From Ignavibacteriales bacterium (GTDB lineage: Bacteria > Bacteroidota > Ignavibacteria > Ignavibacteriales > SURF-24), in the NCBI GenBank assembly GCA_036261625.1, contig DATAKL010000064.1, forward strand, positions 231 through 64,230: a DNA stretch of 64,000 nt. The letters are read 5' to 3'. The notes beneath the pieces were generated by a model, which ran no database searches, was not told where the DNA came from, and worked only from the letters and a program-made list of their open reading frames with translations. Made by a program: the position numbers and the translations under genes. How positions within the stretch are numbered: position 1 is the first letter of the stretch; each line of letters begins with the position of its first letter. Below, one piece after another: positions 47,288 to 56,059 of the stretch.

Positions 47288-47455
47288 ATTTCATATCCTC
47301 CTTTTCATAAAAAAATCTTGTCAAGCCTAACTATACTGTCCGATTTCAAGCTAAATTAATTACATTATAAAATCAATGTATTTGGAGGGGGCGATTTCCT
47401 ATTGTCCATAGTTTTAATATATTTCACCAGTAAAACTCAAACAAAAGGAGATGGT

Positions 47456-47791
47456 ATGGATCACAGTTTAACTACTACTGCATTTTCAATTGACGGCTAC
47501 AAGGTGGCAAAGAATCTCGGTATTGTAAGAGGAATAGTGGTAAGAAGCCGGTCTATATTCGGCACCATTGGCGCAAGTTTTCAGACGATAGTAGGAGGCA
47601 ACATAACGCTTTTTACAGAGCTTTGCGAGAAAACCCGCTTCGATTCATTTGAACTTATGGTAAAACACGCCGAAGAGCTGGGTGCCAACGGTGTAATAGG
47701 CATCCGCTACGATGCAAACGAGGTTATGTCGGGCGTAACAGAAGTCCTGGCCTACGGCACCGCTGTTGTGCTCGCAAAAGACGGGCAATAA
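47456..47791 (+). CDS. YbjQ/UPF0145 family protein
   Basis: Start ATG 47456, 5 nt after AAGGAG, gives 111 aa. Sequence features: GIVRGIVVRSRS...GGNITLFTELCEKTR...GANGVIGIRYD. Confidence 0.8.
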   Translation: MDHSLTTTAFSIDGYKVAKNLGIVRGIVVRSRSIFGTIGASFQTIVGGNITLFTELCEKTRFDSFELMVKHAEELGANGVIGIRYDANEVMSGVTEVLAYGTAVVLAKDGQ

Positions 47792-47817
47792 ACATTTTGC
47801 GAATTTTTTACATCGCC

Positions 47818-47956
47818 GTAGGGGCGAGCGGCGCTCGCCCGGGACGGGAAAAAATTATAACTCACAAATTGAAATTTCCGAATGTTTATGGGTAAACCAC
47901 ATTGCATGGGTGTATTCGTAATGTCAAACGGATGGGCGAGCGCCGCTCGCCCCTAC
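47818..47956. repeat. Element F: GTAG-hairpin doublet
   Basis: GTAG-gggcgagc-ggc-gctcgccc (47818-47840) is mirrored by gggcgagc-gcc-gctcgccc-CTAC (47934-47956). About 93 nt of AT-richer centre, between convergent genes. Confidence 0.8.
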
Positions 47957-47983
47957 GATGATGATGAGCTTTGAATTATTATT

Positions 47984-50900
47984 TTACGTCAGAAACCTTA
48001 CCAGTCCTCCCCAGCGGCTGTCTACACGGAACATGTGCTTGGAGAAAAATGAGGTCAGGTAAAAATGCGTTGTTAATACCTGTATTCCCTCGGCCCTCAG
48101 ACGGTTGCAGAAATCTTCCAACAGCACGCTTCCAATCCCCCTGCCGCGGAATGGCGCCGCAACTACAATGCCTTCCAGATGCGCTACATTTGAATCGAGT
48201 ATCTTGTAGCAGATTCCGCCGTTTACACTCTCGTTGCCCTCATTGTCGGTTAAAATAAGGAAGTGATCTTCCGATGTTATGTTTACCGGGTAGTCATCCA
48301 GTATGAACAGGCGGTTCAGATTGCCCACTTCAAAAGGCGACAAGGCCTGACGTACAACGTGCGCAAGGTTTCTGCGGTCGCTTATCAGCGTCTTTACAAT
48401 AACACTTTTTTTCTCATCCTCACCAACAGGAATAAGCTCCATCTGAAGACGCTTTGATACGTCCGGGAAAACTAGCTTGCTGAATACCTGGCGGTCCTCA
48501 TATGAAGTAAGTGCATCCTGAAGCTCTGAAAGTTCCACGAGCCTTGTTGCATGCACCTCCGGCTGCTCGAACATCACCTGAACAAGACGGCTGAATTTTT
48601 CCCTTACCAGTTCATCTGCATTTGCAAAATATGTCTTCTGATAGAACATGTACCTCGTTATTGCAGGAAAGCGGTTAAGCTGATAAAGCGTATATAATTT
48701 TCTTATAAACTGCTCGCGCGCCTCGCTGGTGGACTCGGGGTTCTGGCTGATCCATTCGTTGTATCTTTCAATTGCACCTAAAAGCGCCAGGTTCTTATAA
48801 GGCTCGTTCTTCCTTTTTTCAATATACCTGTCGATCGATCCCTTAAGGTCAAACTCCTCATAGCGCGCCGGAGAGTTCATGAGGTCGTTTTTCAGCGCCT
48901 CCAGGTACCTAAGAGCTCTTTTTTTGCTGAAGGCTTCAATTGCGGCATCAAACATCCATTCTATCTTAATCGCGTCCTTATTCCATGGATAGTTGCCTAT
49001 CGTCTGAAGATAGAAGTTCTTGATAAAAGGATAAATAATAGAAAGCGTATTGTCGTACGGCTTCCATCCCGAAAGGGAAAGTATGCGCGAGTTAAGCTTC
49101 AGGTCGGCCTCAGGCACCACAACGTTAGTCGGTGTAATTGAGCCCGGGGTGAGAGCGTATCCGCTGTTCTGCCATGCCTTTAGGAAAGCTATAAATGCTC
49201 TGACAAAAAGGGCTTTCCACCTGTACTCGTTTTTAAGCGAATGCTGCGTTGTCCTCACGCTCGAATAATCCCTGATCTTATCCCAAACCGTAAGGTCGTT
49301 CACATAGGCCAGGGAGGCTGCCCCCATAGGGGAGCGGAAGTTTCCGAACTTCGGCATTACGGATGAGGCTCCGGGATAGCCTGAGATCTTTATCATCCAG
49401 TAGATAGTCTCGCGCACGGCTGAACGCGTAATGTCATCTTTAATTAAAAGCATCAGGTCGTAATGCTTGTCATAAACAGTATTAATGCTGATGCGGTAGA
49501 GGAATGAATTGTGAGGCGACAGTATTCTTGAGATCCAGATACCTTCAGGGGGAACCTGCTTTAAGCTGAACTTGTCCTCTTCAAATATAAGAAGGAGGGA
49601 TTCCTTAAGGAATGTGGAGCAGAAGAGCACCTTCTCAATTCTTTTTATTTCCTCAGTGGTGAAATCCTCCTGGAAGACAACCCTTTCCTCCCAGTTTTCC
49701 TCCACGTCTTCAAATGCTGAAAGCTCGAAAGTTGATTCAAACCAGGCTGCAAGCTTGTTAAAAAGTTCCTGTGCGTATGAAGAAAGCTGCGGCTCCTTCT
49801 TGTGAAGAATCCAGCTGACGAGTTCTTCTCTTACGGCGCCGTAGGAGTTTCTGTTGTGGCGCGCAAAGTGCACAAGGAGTTCAAGAATCCTCTTAAACTG
49901 TGTAACTGTAACAACAGATGAATTCCAGTCGAGCGTTGTGCGGTACGACTCAAGTCTCTGCCTCAAGGCCTCCAGGCGCCCGCGTTCAAAGTCTGCCTGC
50001 GAGATCTGCTCTATGCTTTTCTTGTTTATAAAGGGAAGTCCCGATGTAATAAATGCAGGCAGATAGCGGCTGTAGTCGCGCCACGGCTCATCAAAAAGAA
50101 GTATCTTATAGGCATAGCTCCTGACCTCAAAGTCCGGATGCTGTGAAAGCGCCTCCAGGCGGCGTCTTATAAGATAAGCTACCCTGTGGCTTTCGGTGTG
50201 AAGGGATTTTTCAAGGCTCGTTACAGCATCCAGTGCCGCACTGCCGCGCCCGTAGATGCTGGTAACAATAACGTCGTTTAATTCCTTCAGCTTTGCTTCT
50301 GAAATTTTGTTGTTGATAGTGGGGAGCTTTCCGCGGTAGAGTCTTCCCAATGAGGAAGAAAGAAAAACCTGGGGTGAAATTTTTTCATAAGGCGTATCCC
50401 ATCCGTCCTTGCAGAGCGCGAAGTTGATAAGAGAGATATTGCCCGTCCAGAGCATCGGCTGCCTTATAAAGGTGCCGAGATCAACTACTTCACCTGTAAC
50501 CACATATTCAAAGTCGCCCACCTGAACGCGGCCTGTTTTGCTGTTAAGCTTAACGGTAAGCCTGGTGTTGTTAAGTTTGTTATAAAGCCCGTCGTGCTGA
50601 CTTTTGATGTCGTATTCCGTAATACCCAAGTCCCTTATAACCCAGCGCGGTATAATAATTTTAAGCGTGTCGATCTTAAAGTCGACGTTAGGGTATCTGT
50701 ACATTCTGCCGATCTCACCGGAGAAGCTGTTTTCAATTGCCTTTCTCCTCATGCTTCCCTTGGATGTAAGTTCGCCTCTCTGCTCTTCAAAGTCGCGGTC
50801 AAGTATTGAAAAGTCGACAATGCGTTCATATGGAGCAAGCTCCCTGTTGGCCGAGGCAATAATGGGGCGGAAGTAGTCTGTCTGTTTCTTTTTTGAAAGG

Positions 50901-52564
50901 GCCTTCTGAAGTATTGCGTCGTTCGTATCGGGGACAATTAAGAGTGTGTTGTATGCCATGCCGTCGCCGCAGAGGAAAGTTCTCTTAAAGCCCGGTATGT
51001 TATCGAACATTTTTTCAATGGGGCGGGGGGCAATTGTCTGTCCCTTAATGTTCTTATAGATATCCTTTATGCGGTCTACAATATGGTAGTGCCCGTTCTT
51101 ATCCGTTTTAAACAGGTCGCCTGTAGGCATCCAGCCGTCATTTTTTTCCTTAACGTCGTCATCAAGGTAAGTTGCAACGTAGTGTCCCGAGATTTCCAGT
51201 TCGCCCTTGGAGTTAAGTCTCATCTGAATGCCCGGAAGCGGTATGCCCACGGAATTCTTAACGTACTCTCCCGGAGGCGTCATGCATATTCCGCCTGTAG
51301 CTTCCGTCATACCGAAGCCCGAGCAGAGCTCTACATCATGCTCGTGGAAGAACTGGAAGACCTTGGGATCCAGGTATCCCGCTGCCGAAAGCCCCCAGCG
51401 GAGGTATTTCCCTGTGAGCTCCCGGAAAAGGCTTCTGTCCACGGTTTTAGATGCCTGATGGAGGAACTTGTCTCTTATCTGCACCAGTCTAAGAGGAATG
51501 CTTATGATGCCGGTCGGGTTAACCTTCTGCATCATGCTGAGCAGCGTTTCAATTGAAGGGTTGCCGGCAAAGACGTAAGTGCCTCCCCAGAATATCATTC
51601 CCATCATTTCCAGGTACCGCCCGAAAGTGTGGTAAAGGGGGAGATAGCAAAGCAGGAGTTCTTTTTCACCCACCTCAGGCAGGGCTGCAGCTCGCGCAAA
51701 GCGCTTTGTAATAAGGTTGTACATTGTAAAGACTACGCCCTTTGCCTGACCGGTGCTGCCGGAGGTAAAAAGGACGGTTGCAGGATCATCAAGCGAGAGT
51801 TTTTTCCGTCCGGAAAGGACCATGTCAATTCTTGCCGGATCGAACTCCGAGATCAGCTTTTCCATTATGTAGACCTCAGGCAGGGGGTCTATTCTGTCGT
51901 AGCCTATATATACGATCTTAAATGGGCGGTCCAGCTTTTCGCGCACTCTTAAGAGCAGATTAAGCCTCGTCTCGGAATCTGTAACGGCAATGTTTATATT
52001 GGTTCTGCTGAATATATCGGCAACAGTTTCTGAACTGAAATGTATGTTTAAGGGGGTGTCAAAAATATCATAAAGCAGGCATGCCAGGTCGCAGCTTGCG
52101 CTTTCAATAGTGTTTTCAGAGAATATTGCAACCCTGGGGCTTTCCTCAGCAGCTTCATAGAGAACAGAAGCGATCTGGCGCGCTCTTTTAGATACCCACC
52201 TGTAGCTGAATTCAGTAAGCTTGTTGTCCTCGGTAACAGTAAAAAGGATCCTTTCCGGGTGGGACTGAATTCTCTGGTCAAAAAGCGTCTTCAGGCTGTA
52301 GTTTGACAGCCTTATGGCCTCAAATGCCGTATCGGCCCATCTGTAGCGGGCCTTCATTTCATCCAGGCTTCTTAAGAATACAGAGTGGCGCGTCAGGTCG
52401 AGGTACTCATGCCAGAATGCCTCATCAACCTTGGTTTTATCCTCTGAGGAAATGATTTCCTCTGCCAGACTGAGGACCCTGCAGGCAGAGTTTTTATCCG
52501 GTTCCTGCCTTTGTTTCCAGTTCTCCAGTTCAAGACGCAGGTCTTTAATTGTTTCTCTATTCAT
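47984..52564 (-). CDS. Giant fusion protein: AMP-forming acyl-CoA/acyl-AMP ligase + about 750-aa unknown region + C-terminal GNAT acetyltransferase
   Basis: Start ATG 52564 gives 1526 aa. AMP-binding motifs present: LFTSGSTGQAKGV, GFGMTEA, TGDLFKTDKNGHYHIVDRIKD, and a GELTSKGSMRRK A10-like lysine. C-terminal GNAT motif A: VAAPFRGRGIGSVLLE. Confidence 0.75.
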   Translation of the reverse strand: MNRETIKDLRLELENWKQRQEPDKNSACRVLSLAEEIISSEDKTKVDEAFWHEYLDLTRHSVFLRSLDEMKARYRWADTAFEAIRLSNYSLKTLFDQRIQSHPERILFTVTEDNKLTEFSYRWVSKRARQIASVLYEAAEESPRVAIFSENTIESASCDLACLLYDIFDTPLNIHFSSETVADIFSRTNINIAVTDSETRLNLLLRVREKLDRPFKIVYIGYDRIDPLPEVYIMEKLISEFDPARIDMVLSGRKKLSLDDPATVLFTSGSTGQAKGVVFTMYNLITKRFARAAALPEVGEKELLLCYLPLYHTFGRYLEMMGMIFWGGTYVFAGNPSIETLLSMMQKVNPTGIISIPLRLVQIRDKFLHQASKTVDRSLFRELTGKYLRWGLSAAGYLDPKVFQFFHEHDVELCSGFGMTEATGGICMTPPGEYVKNSVGIPLPGIQMRLNSKGELEISGHYVATYLDDDVKEKNDGWMPTGDLFKTDKNGHYHIVDRIKDIYKNIKGQTIAPRPIEKMFDNIPGFKRTFLCGDGMAYNTLLIVPDTNDAILQKALSKKKQTDYFRPIIASANRELAPYERIVDFSILDRDFEEQRGELTSKGSMRRKAIENSFSGEIGRMYRYPNVDFKIDTLKIIIPRWVIRDLGITEYDIKSQHDGLYNKLNNTRLTVKLNSKTGRVQVGDFEYVVTGEVVDLGTFIRQPMLWTGNISLINFALCKDGWDTPYEKISPQVFLSSSLGRLYRGKLPTINNKISEAKLKELNDVIVTSIYGRGSAALDAVTSLEKSLHTESHRVAYLIRRRLEALSQHPDFEVRSYAYKILLFDEPWRDYSRYLPAFITSGLPFINKKSIEQISQADFERGRLEALRQRLESYRTTLDWNSSVVTVTQFKRILELLVHFARHNRNSYGAVREELVSWILHKKEPQLSSYAQELFNKLAAWFESTFELSAFEDVEENWEERVVFQEDFTTEEIKRIEKVLFCSTFLKESLLLIFEEDKFSLKQVPPEGIWISRILSPHNSFLYRISINTVYDKHYDLMLLIKDDITRSAVRETIYWMIKISGYPGASSVMPKFGNFRSPMGAASLAYVNDLTVWDKIRDYSSVRTTQHSLKNEYRWKALFVRAFIAFLKAWQNSGYALTPGSITPTNVVVPEADLKLNSRILSLSGWKPYDNTLSIIYPFIKNFYLQTIGNYPWNKDAIKIEWMFDAAIEAFSKKRALRYLEALKNDLMNSPARYEEFDLKGSIDRYIEKRKNEPYKNLALLGAIERYNEWISQNPESTSEAREQFIRKLYTLYQLNRFPAITRYMFYQKTYFANADELVREKFSRLVQVMFEQPEVHATRLVELSELQDALTSYEDRQVFSKLVFPDVSKRLQMELIPVGEDEKKSVIVKTLISDRRNLAHVVRQALSPFEVGNLNRLFILDDYPVNITSEDHFLILTDNEGNESVNGGICYKILDSNVAHLEGIVVAAPFRGRGIGSVLLEDFCNRLRAEGIQVLTTHFYLTSFFSKHMFRVDSRWGGLVRFLT

Positions 52565-52737
52565 AAATTTCCATTTTATTTTACGCCGTCTCCTCTTATC
52601 TTTGCATTTACGAAAATATGCAATAATCAAAAATAAATAATTCAGACGTTAAATTAAGGGAAAAACTTTCTTCCCCATCCCTCTTTAAGAGCTGTTTTCC
52701 CTTTATTTTATTTTTCCTTTAACTATTTTCCTTTTCT

Positions 52738-53877
52738 ATGGACAAGACCAAAAAACGTTTTGCCTTTATTGATCTTTATAGGGGCTGGGCTCTTTTATTC
52801 ATGTTTGAAACCCACATCTTTAATGCCATGCTGATGCCTGAGTTAAGGATGACGGGGTGGTTTAAGCATCTGACATTTATTAACGGGCTTGTTGCGCCCT
52901 CATTCCTGTTTATTTCGGGCTTTGCCTTTACAATTGCAAGCCAGAGAAAGCTGGAGGCCTTCAGGCAGTACAAGTTCGACTTCTGGCGTCAGATGGGAAG
53001 AATTGTCCTGATATGGCTGGTGGGCTATTCGCTCAGGCTTCCGTACTTGTCGCTGCAGAAGATGCTTCACAAGGCAACGCCGCAGGAGCTTGCACCATTC
53101 TTAAGCGTTGACGTTCTTCAGTGCATAGCATTCGGACTGCTGTTGATGTTTGTGCTGAGACTGTTCATAAAAAGCGATACCGTTTTTAATGTTGTCCTTA
53201 TAGTAATAACGCTTGTTTCCTTTATTTTTGCCCCTCTGGTCTACAAGATAGATTTTACGCAGTATATGCCTGTTGCCCTGGCAAATTATTTCAACGAGCA
53301 GCACGGGTCATTATTTCCGCTTTTCCCCTGGCTGGGCTTCATGCTTTCGGGTTCAGTAATAGGCTATTATTATATGCTTTTCAAGAACCGGAATGATGAG
53401 GCGCGTTTCCTGAAGCTTTCTTTAAGGTGGAGCATAGCTGCCATTCTTGTGGGAGCCTTTGTATTGTGGTTTCCGCTTGATGCCTTGGATTACATCAGTA
53501 AAGTTACACCGAACCAGTTTTTCTTTATACTGAGACTTGGATTGGTTATGCTTCTGCTTGTATCGTTAAGGTACTATGAATTATGGAGAGGTACAGAAAA
53601 GTCGTTTGTAATGGATGTAGGGCGCGAGTCGCTTTTAGTATACTGGCTGCACCTGCAGGTAATCTACAGGAAGCTCTGGCAGGATACGACGCTTTATTCG
53701 ATAGTAGGGGAGCGCTTTAATTTCCTTGAATGCATACTGGCCTCAATTGCGCTTGCCGCCGTAATGGTGCTGGCCGCAATAGTATGGGGAAGAATAAAAA
53801 AACGTTACAAATTATTCTCGCAGATTGCCGCCGCAGGGACCGTTACAGTTGTGGTAATTGTGTTTTTATTAAAATAA
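52738..53877 (+). CDS. DUF1624 / HGSNAT-like membrane acyltransferase
   Basis: 379 aa, polytopic. The N-terminal FIDLYRGWALLFMFETH segment is typical of the heparan-alpha-glucosaminide N-acetyltransferase catalytic family. Confidence 0.55.
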   Translation: MDKTKKRFAFIDLYRGWALLFMFETHIFNAMLMPELRMTGWFKHLTFINGLVAPSFLFISGFAFTIASQRKLEAFRQYKFDFWRQMGRIVLIWLVGYSLRLPYLSLQKMLHKATPQELAPFLSVDVLQCIAFGLLLMFVLRLFIKSDTVFNVVLIVITLVSFIFAPLVYKIDFTQYMPVALANYFNEQHGSLFPLFPWLGFMLSGSVIGYYYMLFKNRNDEARFLKLSLRWSIAAILVGAFVLWFPLDALDYISKVTPNQFFFILRLGLVMLLLVSLRYYELWRGTEKSFVMDVGRESLLVYWLHLQVIYRKLWQDTTLYSIVGERFNFLECILASIALAAVMVLAAIVWGRIKKRYKLFSQIAAAGTVTVVVIVFLLK

Positions 53878-53901
53878 AACATGCCTGTATACCCGCAGCA
53901 C

Positions 53902-55350
53902 CTATTTTGCTGCGGCAAGGTTATAATTTATTTCCAGACGGTCGCGCCCTTCGGGCGAATTGTTGATTTCAAATAACACATCTTTTATCAGACACAGGCC
54001 TTCATTGCCCTCTTTGCAGTAGTAAACCACCATCTCGGAATAAAGCTTGTCTGTTCCGTTAAGGCCTGCTAAATCTATTTTCATCTTTGGAGAAGTTATG
54101 TTCTTCTCGAGATTTATTTTCCCGTCTTTTGAAAATATTCTTATCTTGCTCGGTGCTTCATGGTTTAACCCGTAATTATTCTGGAATGAAAGATTAAGAT
54201 TGATTGCCTTTAGCTTTGATAAATTAACTCCGCTTAAGACTTCCTTATCCCCGTGAAAGTCCTTTTCATTAAATGCAAAAGCCTTCCTTAATTTTTCTAT
54301 TCCCTTAAGCTGAAGCGTTGATACCTCGCCCGATGACATGTCAATTACCCTTATCAAATTATTGTCTGTATCGGCAACGTAGAGTTTTCCCTTTGCATAG
54401 GAAATGCCGCCGGGTTCATTAAACATGGCTTTTGTTAAACTGCCGTCATCCATTCCTTCAGTCCCGGTACCGGCGTATGTGCGGCTGGTATGTTCAAGGG
54501 GGTCTACAACTTTTATTTTGTTGTTATATGTATCAGCCAGGTAAAGCTTCCCGTTGTGGTATACTATGCCGAGCGGGTGCTGAAGCCTGGCGCGCCTGGA
54601 GTCCCCGTCAATGTCACCGAACTCAAAGAGCCCTTTACCAATTATGGTTGATACTTTTCCGTTAACGGGATTAAAGTCTGCGCTTCTTACTGCGCTGACC
54701 TCGCTGTCGGCAAAGTAAAGTTTTTTGCCGTCGGTTGTAACTCCGCTGGGCTGTGAAAGGAGAGCCGACTTGAGTGCCCCGTCAAGAATATTTTCCTGTC
54801 CGGTGCCTGCATGGATGCGGATTGTGTTGTCGGACAGGTTAAGAGCCCACAACTGATGCTGCCCGGCCATTGCGATGTAAAGTACGTTATCATTAATCGT
54901 AAGGTCCCACGGCGAGTTGAGCCCCGTGCGGCGTGCTTCCCCGTGGGGATTTCTTTCATATACCTGACGACCCAGGCCGGCAATTGTTGTAACGGTTCCT
55001 GTTTTCATCTCAGCCTTGCGGATAAGGTGGTTTTCCGTATCTGCTATATAAAGCACGTCGCCCATGAGGGCAAGTCCCTGCGGATGGAAGAAGGATGCCT
55101 CTTCAAACTTTCCGTCTTTCTGTCCTTCCTTTCCGGAGCCGATAATAGAGAGGATATTCCCCTCAAGATCTGAAACAATAACTCTGTTGTGGTTTGAGTC
55201 GGTAATAAAAAGCCTTCCTGAGGCCTCATCGGCTAATACCTTGCCGGGGAAGCTTAGGAGCGACTCTGGCTTTTTATCTTTCTCAAGACTGAGTTTAATG
55301 GGAGTTTTGTTTATGGAAGAGCTGTTAAGCTTTATAATATTACTGATCAC
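53902..55350 (-). CDS. NHL-repeat beta-propeller protein (C-terminal part of a split Trx-NHL gene)
   Basis: 482 aa with six or so NHL blades (LFITDSNHNRVIV, LYIADTENHLIRK, LYFADSEVSAVR, LYLADTYNNKIKV, LYVADTDNNLIRV). In frame with 55363..55866, separated by one TAA. Confidence 0.75.
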   Translation of the reverse strand: MISNIIKLNSSSINKTPIKLSLEKDKKPESLLSFPGKVLADEASGRLFITDSNHNRVIVSDLEGNILSIIGSGKEGQKDGKFEEASFFHPQGLALMGDVLYIADTENHLIRKAEMKTGTVTTIAGLGRQVYERNPHGEARRTGLNSPWDLTINDNVLYIAMAGQHQLWALNLSDNTIRIHAGTGQENILDGALKSALLSQPSGVTTDGKKLYFADSEVSAVRSADFNPVNGKVSTIIGKGLFEFGDIDGDSRRARLQHPLGIVYHNGKLYLADTYNNKIKVVDPLEHTSRTYAGTGTEGMDDGSLTKAMFNEPGGISYAKGKLYVADTDNNLIRVIDMSSGEVSTLQLKGIEKLRKAFAFNEKDFHGDKEVLSGVNLSKLKAINLNLSFQNNYGLNHEAPSKIRIFSKDGKINLEKNITSPKMKIDLAGLNGTDKLYSEMVVYYCKEGNEGLCLIKDVLFEINNSPEGRDRLEINYNLAAAK

Positions 55351-55362
55351 GCTGTCGAGACT

Positions 55363-55866
55363 TTAATAGACTCCCTCGCCCGAGTGATGCCCCACAACAT
55401 CGCCCCTGGGGTCGATAAGTACAACCGTAGGCCACGCGTTTGCGCCGTAGCTGGTCCAGATCTTAAAATCCTTGTCGTTTACAACCGGGTGTTCAATGTC
55501 GTAGCGGAGAATTGCCTGACGTATATTGCCTGTTTCCTGTTCGGAAAGGAATTTAGCCGAGTGGACGCCAATAACGGCAAGTTCACCGGGGTATTTGGCT
55601 TCAAGCTTTTTAAGGTCGGGTATAATGTGCATGCAGTTAATGCAGCAGAATGTCCAGAAGTCCAGGAGCACAACTTTTCCCCTCAGATCTGAGAGTTTAA
55701 TGGGGTGATCCACGTTAAGCCAGTCCAGTCCATCCGGAAATTCAGGGGCATCGCCGTTGGTATACCTGTTAGCCATAGCGTAATTTCCTTTAATATCTTT
55801 GTCTGCGCAGCCGGTAAAGCTGAATATAAGCAGAACAATGAATGCCGTTAAAGACCTCATTTTCAT
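55363..55866 (-). CDS. Thioredoxin-like (TlpA/redoxin) lipoprotein (N-terminal part of a split Trx-NHL gene)
   Basis: 167 aa with an FTGC lipobox and a [11 protein letters not shown] CxxC redox motif. It ends at a TAA that is in frame with the downstream NHL ORF. Confidence 0.75.
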   Translation of the reverse strand: MKMRSLTAFIVLLIFSFTGCADKDIKGNYAMANRYTNGDAPEFPDGLDWLNVDHPIKLSDLRGKVVLLDFWTFCCINCMHIIPDLKKLEAKYPGELAVIGVHSAKFLSEQETGNIRQAILRYDIEHPVVNDKDFKIWTSYGANAWPTVVLIDPRGDVVGHHSGEGVY

Positions 55867-55928
55867 GTCTTTCTTTTTCTGCCTGATTTATAATTCAACA
55901 AGCACCGGGGGGATTTAGTTTCGGAAGG

Positions 55929-56059
55929 GTAGGAGGTCTGGCAGGATGTCAGGAACCACTTCCTGACATCCTTCGCGAGCCATTCTGGCGAGCGGGATTA
56001 TTTTCATGGGATGGGGCACATGGAATGGCGCCAGGAAATGGTTCCTGGCGCCGCACTAT
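55929..56059. repeat. Element G: GTAG/CTAT hairpin doublet
   Basis: GTAG at 55929 is followed by ggatgtcaggaa-ccac-ttcctgacatcc (55944-55971). This is mirrored by ggcgccaggaa-atgg-ttcctggcgcc (56027-56052) and CTAT (56056-56059), which overlaps the stop of the upstream gene. Confidence 0.7.
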
